DNA of 57,497 nucleotides, counting the filler, from Sphacelaria rigidula (taxonomy: Eukaryota): NCBI GenBank assembly GCA_964200075.2. It is 6 parts of 6 records of this genome, joined end to end, with 100 filler letters (N's around TTAATTAATTAA, not from the genome) between each part and the next. Parts side by side here need not be neighbours in the genome. Positions count along the whole stretch, not along the records: positions 9,602 to 19,101 come from CAXNAA020008346.1; positions 19,202 to 28,700 come from CAXNAA020008347.1; 4 more parts are not named here. The stretch is one strand, 5' to 3'. The first letter of the stretch is position 1. Each line of letters opens with the position of its first letter. The notes under the pieces are model-generated. The model ran no database searches and was not told the DNA's origin. It saw only the letters and a program-made list of their open reading frames with translations. Shown here piece by piece: positions 11,920 through 23,200 of the stretch. The position numbers were made by a program, and so were the translations under genes.

Positions 11920-13395
11920 GAGCCTCATACACGAAGGAAACCCAAACTCGGCGATCTTTGATCAAGTCAGACGCCGCCCCCGAATAGCATATGCAGTGTG
12001 GTGCCACTGTACATGCCAACAACATAATAACCTCATCTATCAACGAACCATCTTGTCCTCTGGACGGATAGGCCCACATCTTTTCATCGCGCCCAACAAG
12101 GCACACAACGGATATAAAAATACACAGACGTTGAAGGGAGTGTCCTTCGTATATGAGGCTCGCCATCGCCAGTCGCCGACGAAGCAAGCATAATATTAAC
12201 GTTGTAAGACGGGCCTCACGAAAGCCTCATACACGAAGGAAACCCAAACTTGGCTATCTTTGATCAAGTCAGAAGCCGCCCCCGAATAGCATATGCAGTG
12301 TGGTGCCACCGTACATGCCAACAACATAACAACCACATCTATCAACGAATGATCTTGTCCTATGCAGGGATAGGCCCACATCTTTTCATCGCGCCCAACA
12401 AGGCACACAACGGATATAAAAATACACAGTCTTTGAAGGGAGTGTCCTTCGCATATGAGGCTCGCCATCGCCAGTCGCCGACGAAGCATGCATAATATGA
12501 AGGTTGCATGACGAGCCTCACGAGAGCCTCATACACGAAGGAAGCCCAAACTCGACAATCTCTGATCAAGTCAGAGACCAACTCCGAGTAGGATATGCGT
12601 TGTTGCTACGGTACATGCCAACATGACTTAATCTATCGATGAATCATGAATCATCTCGCCCTATGGGGGTATAGTCCCAATTCTTTTCATCGCTAAAATA
12701 CCCCACGCAACAGATAGCAAATATCAAGAACTTGAAGGGAGTGTCCTTCGCATATGAGGCTCGCCGTCGCCGATCGCCGGCGAAGTAGCAAGCATAATAT
12801 GTATATTCTTAGATGGGCCTCGCGAGAACCTCATACACGAAGGAGATCCAAACTTGACAATCTTTGATGAAGTCAGGGGCCGCCCCCGAGTAGGATACGC
12901 GTTGTGTTGCTACGGTACATGCCAACATTACCTAATATATCGATGAATCATCTTGCCGTATGAAGAGATAGGCCCACGCCCACATGTGTTCGTCGCGTTC
13001 TGCAAGGCACGCAACGGATATCAAAACATAACAATCGCGAAGGGAGTCTCATTCGTATATGAGGCTCGCCCTCGCCAATCGCCGGCAAAGCAGCCAGCAT
13101 AGTATTTATATTCTTGGATGGATATCATGAGAGCCTCATACACGAAGGATATCCGAATGTGGCAGTCCTTGATCAAGTCAGAAGCCGCCCCCGAATAGGA
13201 TATGCGTTTTTGCTACGGTGTACGCCACCACAACCTAACCTATACAGATGAATCACCTTGCCCTACGGAGGAATAAGCCGACATCTTTTCATCGCCTTCT
13301 GCAAGGCACGTAAGGGATATCAAAATACAAAGACCTCGAAGAGAGTCTCCTTCGTATATGAGGCTCGCCATCCCCAGTCGCCGGCGAGGCAAGGG
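11920..13395. repeat. Tandem array of five ~302-bp units
   Basis: Units start at (g)agcctcatacacgaagga near 11920, 12222, 12524, 12826 and 13131. Each also contains the inverted motif tccttcg(t/c)atatgaggctc. Confidence 0.95.
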
Positions 13396-13470
13396 CATTC
13401 CAAACTCGAATAAGAGATTAGGCGCCGACAAGGTATGGCTTGCTGAAACATATGTTCGCATGGCCGAACT

Positions 13471-16400
13471 ATGGTAAAGCTAAAGGATGTCACACCCCAA
13501 TACGTATTTGATATCACCCAGGACTGTGGGGCGAGACCGACGTCGAGTAATGGGGAGGACATCAGCATGGAACCTCGAAAACTCACTGTACAAAGCCGTA
13601 GACGCATTTCTCAACGCCGTGGAGTCAGAGGAAGAGTAGAAGTGGCTGAATACAGAGGCGATATGCGACGAAATAAGGGAGCTCACGAGGTCTCTCCTCC
13701 AGAAACACCCGCGGTTTGTGAACTTGATTGTCCCAACCTGGCGACTGACAGAAAGAGGAGGAACGGTGATAGCTCGATAAGCGACAGCATCCGTGAACTT
13801 TGGGCAAAACTGTCCGAGCCAGATGTCGTCACCCCTGAGGGAGGAAGGCAAATCCGCAGGTCCGTTTTAGGCGCTATGTGCGGGAATCCACAACATATGC
13901 AGATGCCAGAGAGTTCATTGGAGGACACCTGAGCCGAGAAGCGTTTGATGGCGCGAAGAGGAGGCGAGAGGATGCAATGGAAAACGGAGAGCCGCATCGC
14001 ATGTGAGTCACGATGACTGAGGTGGATATCGATGATGCGTATACGAACAGTACTCCCTCCCATAAGTGCCACGGGCAGACGCACTCATCACAACATCCAC
14101 CAATCTGAAGACGGAATACTTTCATGAACGCTCAGTCGCGATGATGCGTCGGCTGCCGAGCATCCCGTGTGTATGAAAATAGACTCTGATGCGTATCCAC
14201 CCCCCTCGCGTATCCGGCACCCACCTATGCCATGCTGCCGTCTCCCAGCGCGTCCGACAGGAAGCCGCGATCAGATCGACTGGAGGTCACGCGTCCCCAC
14301 GCACTGGTCTGGATTGAGAAACGGATCACATTTCACACCCAGCCGTCTCCATGTGAGGTGAAATGGAAGCACGACTATTCACCCGGCAACCACAAACGCT
14401 CAGACGCAGACCATTCGCTGGATTGCGTTAAACCCGAGCTATGCTCTCGTATGCCTGTTCGGTACTTGATGGGCACGAAGCTGAAGCTCTACGACGACAT
14501 CATGGCAGAGATGGAAGAGGCGGTGAGACAACATGTGCCACACAGGTGTCGCATAGGAGTTTATGCGTAACCATGGGAATTGCTCGACAATATAGACGAT
14601 CGCATCGTTGTTCATACTATACTCGGGAAAACATATCCTCTACCCCATCCATGACTGCGGGACGCTAAAACCTCCCGCAATGGGCAGGCGATGACACCTC
14701 GCTCTAGTGAATGTTTTCATAAGTGAATCTCGTCCTAATCGTCGCTCTCCTGCCCGTCATACACGTAGGAGGTCCCCAGCGAACACAGATGTGCAGCTAA
14801 TGCCATGTGCAGTATTGGTGTAAGAGTATCGACATAGGAATACACGCTTGCTCATCCCCTTCCAGGACAACAGGGAGAGAGCGTGAAGCTCAAGGGGAAA
14901 ATATTATTATGATTCTGGTTTGTCATCAAAGACGGGCGTTTTTCTTCTGCATTTGTGCACCCTCGCTCAGTTTCAAACGGGTGCAGTGGAGGTGAAGAAC
15001 ATCAGTCGAAGAGCCTTCGACGACTTGATCCCCTTCTACGTTATCGACCAGTCCAATCGATCGTGCCTGTGCGCCACCTGCTACAAGGCTCGTTACCATC
15101 GCTCTGTACGACCTGTGGCCTACGCTTCATGAAGGACTCACCCCCGATTCCGCTTGCACGTGCGAATGCAACCTCTGCAAGGATGGCGGGTGTGTGGATT
15201 ACCTCCCATACACCTCACGTAAATCCATCCACGGCATGGCCAACTTCAGCGAGAAGCACATGTGCAGTAAGGAGTATCTGTACACCTCGCGTGACGGAAT
15301 GCGAGTGGAAGCACACAAGTCGACGTGCGCAGGTGGGAGCTGGATCGAATGCACTAGGATGAAAAATGTGTTCTTCGGGTGCCCACGACACAAGGGCGGG
15401 ACATCGGGGGAGGCTTCGGCCGCTTCGGACGCAAACTCGAGAGGAAGGCCGGCGCCCGGAGAGATCCCGTGGAATATGTACACCGATGTAAACGAGAGAG
15501 GTTTGGCGACGACGGCGATAAGGCGTCCGAACAACCGCCGGGAGGGGGGAGCCGAGCACGCCGACGCCGAGTACGACCCGCGAGCGAGATCGAACCCGAG
15601 GAAACGACAGGTTTGAATTTAAATGATTAAAGGCTACAGGCCTTGCGACATCCAACTTTTCACAACGAAATTATGCAGAGTGGCAACAATCTGAGGGAAA
15701 ACGAATGCAATCTGGGGAGCCATTGATGTTCTCAGAAGAAAGCCTAATCACCACGGGAGTTTTTTTCAACACGCAACAATTACCACCACAACGGGACAGA
15801 GAAGCCTCAAACGGAGTTCGCAAGGCATTACATCGTCACACATATACTGTGGACGTCATACAGGTAGGAGGCTCCAAATGGGAACGATCCCGACCACGAT
15901 ATGCAACCTCTACCATCGCGTGAGAATCTCGTTGCGTGGTCAATCTCGCACGACATACCGTCCGAAGTCAGCGACGCTGACCCATGGGGAAAGGAAACAC
16001 CCCCATCTTGAGGTCGAGACTCCGAATATACTATGTATCACGTGTTAACTTTCGTGTTGATGAGGGCGAGCGCTAAAGACACACGGATCACCACCACCCA
16101 ATACAGCGCGCCCGACCAACGGTACCCTCACCCCCCCCCATAATTGCTCCGTCTCGAAAGGGATGCGTGGTCAATGGTCAAATGACTAAGGCAAGCAACA
16201 AATGAGTACGCCCCCCCCCCCCCATAATTCCCATCCTGAACCGTCGCTCATTATCCTCCACAGGCCGTCGCGGAAAAAAGAGGGTCAGTGGACGATTTCA
16301 TGCTGGAGTTTAAGGAGATATTTTACCGGTTCATCATGCACAGAATACAATACAAAATGCAGCCCATCGCCTTCAACGACAAGAAGCACACTTTGAAGGA

Positions 16401-19060
16401 CGGAGAAGTGCTGTTGATTGTTGACTTCCAGGAACGACTGCAAGTGAAGCAACAAGACCAAGTTCAGAGCCAACACTGGAACCACGACGCGACGACCATT
16501 TTTCCCTGCTATATCTTGTTTAGATGGGGTGGGCGTGTGTGGGCGTACTCGTTCATCATCTTGAGCGACGACATGGCTCAAGATAATGCATGGGTACAAA
16601 ACGTATTGTCGAGTTTACTGAGCGAAGACATCCCGGCCTTACTTCGGAAGATCGGGGCGGTTTCCATGACCACCGCCACCCTACTCAGCGACAACTGCTT
16701 CAAGCAGTTCAAATGTCGTTACCATTTCGGTTGGGTTGGAGGTGCCATGATACTCGTCCTAGGCGAGGGCGGAGTGACCACCGAAAACAGAGTACACATC
16801 GAACACCATTATTTCGGTCCGAGCCACGGGAAGAACTCCTCGGATAGCGAAGGTGCGGAAACGAAGAGATACGTGCGGACTATGGTGAACAACCAGCAGT
16901 GAACCGTGGTGTCGAACTCGGAGGATACGTGCCAGAAGCTAGAGAAGGGGCTAGGCTTTTTCCTTCGAGAGGCTACCACCGAAGAGTGCACGACGTTTTT
17001 CGAGACAAGGAATGGTGAGGGCGGCGGAACGGAAGAGTTGTGCATGACAAAAGTGAGTCGTAGCCTGAGCTATGCGCGCGGTACGTATTCCTCATGCCAT
17101 TCGGTGTTTGCATGTTAAGGCCTGTGAGGCACACAGTACATGGAAAGTCCGACCCTGACCGTCATATATGTAGGAGACCCAATAAGTGATGAAGAGGCCG
17201 GTGCACTGATTCGCGTGCTTTTTCTCCCCCCCCATCCGCCCTAAATGACAAATGAGTACGCCCCCCCGCCCCCCGCCCTCCTAAATGAGGAGTAGGAACG
17301 GTGCTCCGTATCGAAAGGGATGCGTTGTCACTGTCAAACGACTAACGCGAAAAAGGAATGGGTACGCCCCCCCCTGACGCACATGAACTTGGACATCACA
17401 ATCTCAGATCGGCGTGGACTGTGCACATCTCAATAATCATCTTCCTTGCATGCTTCTACAGGGATTCTGCGCGCGTTCGCTTCAGCAGTTACAGTTGTGT
17501 TTGTCGGTAAAAACGATGTCACAGCGAACGCGCACGGGACCCCTAGAGGAAGTAACGCGCGAGGGAGGTAAGTATTGGGATCTGCGAAGTCTCACGTCTA
17601 CGCCTATATGAGGTCGTGGTGTCCAATTTCGTGTGCTTCAGGGGCGGAGGGGAAGGGGGCGACAAAAAGCACGCGGATCCGTGCGTCAGCCTCCTCGTGG
17701 TACCCCTCACCCTCATCCGTTCTTGTGCCTCATACGTATATGAGGGTTAGGGTCGGAATTTACATGCATTGTGCGCCAACGGGCAGTCTTCACCATTGCG
17801 CCTGGTTCACTAACGCGTATCCCGCCCACCTACTCCGCTTCTTTACAGACGTGGATCGGCGAGGGGCGAAGCACACCGCAGCAGAAGACGTTCCTACTCA
17901 CGAAGCAGGCGAACACCCTTCTCGGAAGACAGTTTTCTGTTTGTTGGTGAAGAAGACGTGACACCTGCTGTGCGCCAGGCGGCCCGGTCGGTAGCAAAGG
18001 AAATCGAAGTCTCAGGATGCCAAGCTATTGGTAGGGTAGCAGCAACGGGCACACCAGGCATCATCGCTGCCTACCAGCTATCTTGCTTGTGAGTTCCCCC
18101 AACAACAGACGAATTCGCCAAGCTTTTCCGATAAATGGATATACCTTCACTTCCGGGATTGTTATCGATGGCAACGTCTCCGAATACACCCCTAACAACT
18201 GCTTCTCCCCCCCCCCCACATCTACGCGGTTTCCCGTACAGCTGCGAAATGTGCCTCGATCGGCACCCAGAGTGGGGTCCTCTCATCCGCCGCGGGATCA
18301 TGTCCGGACCATCCAAATACAGCAGAAAAGAGGTCGGCGGAGATGATGATGAGAAAGTCAGCGCCAGGGAATACCACCTGTGTCAGCTGTTCGACCATCT
18401 CCCGGAACGCCTGCCCTATGGATCTATTGCTCTTATTCGAGTCGACCCCGCGCAACACCGGGGTCGGGATATAGTGCCAGTGCTGGTAGCCCGGAAAGCG
18501 CCGAGCCCGTGGAGTTCGTCTGACAACTCACACGAGGACATGTTCTCCAACGGAGACACGATTCTGTGGATGGTTGATCTTGAGCGGGCCGCAGAAACGG
18601 AGTGTGTTCATTACGCGGTTCCGAATGAGGTTACCGCCGACGCGAGCATACGGGCGGTCCCCCTCAGTTGTACAGCAGGATTGGGACAAGGCCTCGGCGG
18701 GTACATGGAATCGGTAGCAATGCAGGACGGGGGGAGCAATCATTTCAAATTACGAGATGACGGAGTCGCGAATGCACGCTCGAATGTTGTTCTTTTCTCG
18801 ACAAATCCCTTATCCGCCGACAGCGACTTTGAAGCTGAACCGCTTTCCAACGAGGATATCCGCCGGTGCCCAGTACGACCCAAGCTTTTCAGCATTGGAA
18901 CAGAAGTCGAAAAAAAGTTCATAGGACCGTATCCGTCCTAGGGTGCGAAACTATGGAGGGTCAAGAAAACGCTTAGAGCCAGTGTCACTTCGGTTCAAAC
19001 AGACCGCAAGTCGAGACGTCACAGATACAAACTGCATTGGGAGGGGGAAGCAAGCCTTCT
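13471..19060 (+). pseudogene. Intron-split Sola2-like DDD transposase gene, decayed (exons ~13471-14002, 14249-14522, 14971-15610, 16264-17052, ~17462-17567, ~17850-19060)
   Basis: Core motifs IVDFQE..QDQVQSQHW, ILSDDMAQD, LSDNCFKQFK and HYFGPSHGKNSSDSEG..TKR. Upstream RKPRSD, LYDD..ISRRAFDDLIP..RSCLCATC and Cys clusters; downstream YSCVC. The first three introns are GT..AG and phase-consistent. Lesions include frameshifts near 13920 and 15090 and a TGA at 16900-16902. Confidence 0.8.
16146..16223 (+). mobile_element. Short LINE 3'-end fragment in a transposase intron (others at ~17290-17375 and 24340-24389)
   Basis: Encodes APSRKGCVVNGQMTKASNK* followed by gtacgccccc, matching the ORF2 end of the LINE at about 28915-29010 (minus strand). 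Confidence 0.8.
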
Positions 19061-19063
19061 TCT

Positions 19064-19101
19064 GAGTCATCCTACGATAGGGGGGGGGGTATTTTGGGCC
19101 A
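19064..19101. repeat. Terminus of a dispersed repeat, also at 57426-57463
   Basis: gagtcatcctacgata(g)n.tattttgggcca is present at both sites. The first copy truncates the transposase tail and runs into a gap. Confidence 0.75.
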
Positions 19102-19339
19102 NNNNNNNNNNNNNNNNNNNNNNNNNNNNNNNNNNNNNNNNNNNNTTAATTAATTAANNNNNNNNNNNNNNNNNNNNNNNNNNNNNNNNNNNNNNNNNNN
19201 NATCGTTTGACGCTTTGCCATTTTTTTGTGTACATCTTCACGCCATCGTCCTAGGTCCGAAAACGGGGGTCACTCGAAAAGGATACATTTTCTTTTTTAA
19301 TTTTTCGTTTGTCGTACTTTGAACCCCCCCCCCCCCCCC

Positions 19340-19614
19340 TCGGGATGAGTCCGTGGTCTCAGGGGATCAACCCATGTCTCCCCGGTACAAGCCTTGCATT
19401 TTGGTCTCGCGGATTGGGTCATGACTATCAGCACTCCCGCACCGTGTCAACTCACGTCAAACCAACTCAGCCAACTACTTTGTTTACTCACGTTCTCACG
19501 TTTTCCACGGTAGAAATCAGATACCACGAAAAAAACCCCAACGTATCGGGAATCGAACCCTCGTTCTCTCCACCCTACTGCCGACAGTCATACCATGACA
19601 CCACCGCGGGGCGC
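19340..19614 (-). mobile_element. tRNA-derived SINE, family B
   Basis: Minus-strand A-box-like GGTGGTGTCATGG and B box GGTTCGATTCC. The body (gcgggagtgct..atgacccaatccgcga.accaaa) is shared with 45200-45490. Confidence 0.7.
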
Positions 19615-20016
19615 AGTGGCTGATACAGTACAAGCCTTCTTCACTGTGACGTTGCTACTCGTTAACAAGACAAATCCAAAACGAATATATATACATATGT
19701 TGTTCAGTTTCACCGTCATCTGAAGCAAAGAAAACGAACATACATCACCCTTCCGACAGTCAAGACAACCCGTGCGTGATGAGCATCCTAACTGGGACCA
19801 AAAACGTCATCACCACGATATCACAAAAACATCTACATGGGCGTATAGCTCAACACTCATGTGACACGCAGGCCAACGAGAATGACTTCATACGAAACAA
19901 TCTAGGGGAAAATGACGCCTCTTCGATCTCCTCCCTCGATACCGGTACATTTTTGGTACGTTCCAACTGCTGTAACGGGGCACACACTCAAGTCAAAGTC
20001 AAATACCTGTCTTTTC

Positions 20017-20047
<31 letters not shown>

Positions 20048-20282
20048 ACACCCCACCCCACGCCCCCTCCCCCCACCAGCNNNNNNNNNNACACCCACCA
20101 GCAAACCCCCCTCCCCCCTCCTCCCCCCCCCCCCCCCCCCCACACGTACCCAGCTTGTCTGGACGTTCACCTCTACGCAAGTGTGTTTGTAAACAAAACG
20201 CCAGCCATACATCAACTTGTAAGAAAATATTATTTTCTTCCCTGTTTGAATCCACCCCGGAGTATGAAAGGAAGTACGTTCC

Positions 20283-23200
20283 CTACTTCTTCTCCAGAAG
20301 GGCATTCTGGTAAGCGACAATTTTGGGTTCGGATGAAACTCGCTCGACCAGAGAGGTCAACAGCGGATAATCGTCGACGATGGTGGCCGGGATGCCGTCC
20401 AACACGCCCTTCTTCATCCACACCAAGCGACAAACCACCGCGATGTCTCCAATAGACAGCTGAAGGACACCATTGAACACGACAAGAAAGAAACAGAGTC
20501 AAACCAGCCGAAAACGACAACAAGGGGTATACGAAGGGGACAGAGACAGGGTGGGCGGACGGATGGGCTACAGACATCAACCAACAGTCAAAATATTTAC
20601 GTCACATATAGTATACGAGTATATACCTGGAACTTGGCGGTAAAGTTGCTACCACTGTCTCAACAACTGCTTCGGAATCTGCGCCAAGCCTCCGGAGTGT
20701 TACCAAGTTTTGAAATACGAGGAAGCTTCCAGATCCAGTTAATGCAAGATGAAATACAAGGAAGCCCCTCATTTTTGACGACAAAAACTTTCTGGGGCTG
20801 CAGTACTCCGCTGGACAAATAGCCTATCTGATACGCATTGTTGTTTGGCACGAGGAATCCAGCCGCACAGCAACAGCCGGGAACCAATCAGCTCTCCACA
20901 GAGCGGACGCAACATCACAAGCTCACGCACAGAGCTGTTCCGCGTAATTTGTCCCCCATAATGGAGCTCTACCCTCGTGCGTGACTGGTAACCGACCTTG
21001 TTTCCCGCAAAGTATTCACCCCCCGCACTCTTGAGCATCTTCTCCAGATTGCCCAGCCACCTCGGGAGAAAGTTTTCGGTCATCTCCTTTCGCAGTGCGG
21101 CCTATCCAATCATGCAGAACGGAACGTTTGGAAACGTCGTGGGCAATGGATGATCAGGGCAGGGAAATCTCCGCATGTGGCAAGTACACCGCGGGTGTCA
21201 TGTCGCTAATTCAGTACCGCTACAGTTTGAGGGTGCGAAGCGCTGGGATCTCCGTGTGCCGCACAGTCTGAGTGGTTATAGGAAAACGTCGGGCGAGAAC
21301 ACAGTAGCAAACAGACACGCACACACACAAACACAGAAGACAGCGAAACGCATGGCGGATCGCACCCGCCCAGTACCACACCAAGTGGCATACGCTCAAA
21401 TCTGCCCAGTAAACATCTCCAGCGGTTGCTGTACATCGACGACTGCGATCTCATCAAATGTCACAAGTTCTAAGACTCCGATTTTTTTATTGGGAAAGGG
21501 GTCGGTAATTTTGTGCTTTAACGCTGTGTATCTCTCGAGCCGGTCGCCCCGGTGGCTCAGTTGGTAACCTCGAAGCCTCCCGACGGTTGGGTCGTGGGTT
21601 CGAATCTCGGGGCGATCTGGGATTCCTTCTCACGCAGTGCCCAACAGTGGAGAGCGACTATGTCGTGGGTACACAAAATTCGGCTCAATGGTCGACGAGG
21701 AAAAGAGACTGCTGAACCCCTCTCGCGATAAAAAATGAAGCCAAGCACCGCAGAAGGAGGGTGGAAAACTAAAATAAACAAAAAAGAGAAACTCCTGTGT
21801 TGGGTTTCCTCCTGTGTGACCCCGGCTGGTGCGCCCACATGTACCGAGAGGTGTAGAGCGGTGTCCAGCGTGGATGGGACGGTAACACACATGTCTCCCA
21901 ACGATCTCCACAGTGGCATGTTGCTCGAACCGCTGCCGCCTTTTCCTAGAAGAGATGAAGCACGTCGCAATATCAAGTCTACCAAAACCATTCCCTCGAG
22001 TATTTTCCATTTGCACGGTACCATGGGGCTCAACCCGGATGGTGGGCGACGAACCCTGTTTTTTCGGGATAATCTCAACGCAATTCCCCGAGGATACATC
22101 TTGAACCAACCACAACAAACCAGGGAGTGAGATCTTCCTCTTCTTCGCTACCCTCGTATGAGTTTACCGGTCTGTTGATCCCTACGACACACACAAGAGG
22201 GTTGTTCATCTCGTACGTATGCCGTACCACAATAAGACACAATCAAAACGAAAATCAAGACAGGGGTTGTGCCCTGACCTTCTCCTCTTCCGCCGCGAAC
22301 ATGGTGGGGCGGAGCTGCGTGTGATGGTCGCCTACCGCCTCGACTGCGGCGTCGGCGAAGGCGGCTTGGATGGCATCCGTGGGGTAGAGGTCTGTTGTGT
22401 ATTCGTAGGTCACAAAAGGTCACAGGTATGCACCATACAGCAAGTCGATAACGAAAAGTCCATCAGTCGAAGAAATGAAGAAGGGGGCGAGGAATGGCAA
22501 GGCGTGGGGATGAGGATAACGGATACAACGGCAGAGATCGACCATTGTGGAAGCTGCAAGGTACAACCCACCAGTACCAGAATATAAGACCTGAACTTGC
22601 TGCTCCCTCTTCAGCACTTGTCAAGCGACCACCCATCATTGACCACAGGATACACTTTCACACCACACGCAGTGCATGGGACAAGGCCATGCCATTCATT
22701 TCAGGGCAGTGTTCCAACAGCGGCATCGAAGGTGCTTTCGACGGCTGCGTAAATCGTGTTGTACGTGTTCCCCCGTTACGAAAGGCGCACCGTAAAATCA
22801 TGCCCTCGACAGATGGTGTGGTAACTATGCATCGAACCTCTCTCAACAGGAACTCTAAAAAGTAACGATAACGGCGGGTTTTCAAACACTTTGCCGATGT
22901 TATTGTCGTCCGTGTTCCGGCAGCACTGAACGACCGGGCTGACATTTACCATCTATACGTCCAGTGTGGCCAATGCTCAGCTTTTTGGCTCGGGGAAGAG
23001 TACTGCAGAGGGATGGTGTCGAGTGATCATAAAACAAGGTGTCGTTGACAAGCGAGATTGGAAAATGGAAAACGGACGAGCACACAGATGCCCCCCACAC
23101 TTGATTGAAAAGATGATGCAGATCCTGAAGCAACCATTCGTGTGTTGGAGTAAAACAAGCGACTCATTGTAGTAGCATAACTATGACGAGCTCAGATCCG

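Noticed and set aside
11920-13395. CRISPR-like reading of the regularly spaced conserved motifs
   Set aside because: The sequences between the motifs are homologous to each other rather than unique spacers. The context is eukaryotic and there are no cas genes.
21541-21620. tRNA gene
   Set aside because: A and B boxes are present, but there is no convincing acceptor or anticodon stem, and the head is fused to a repeated body and CA tail. It is a SINE.
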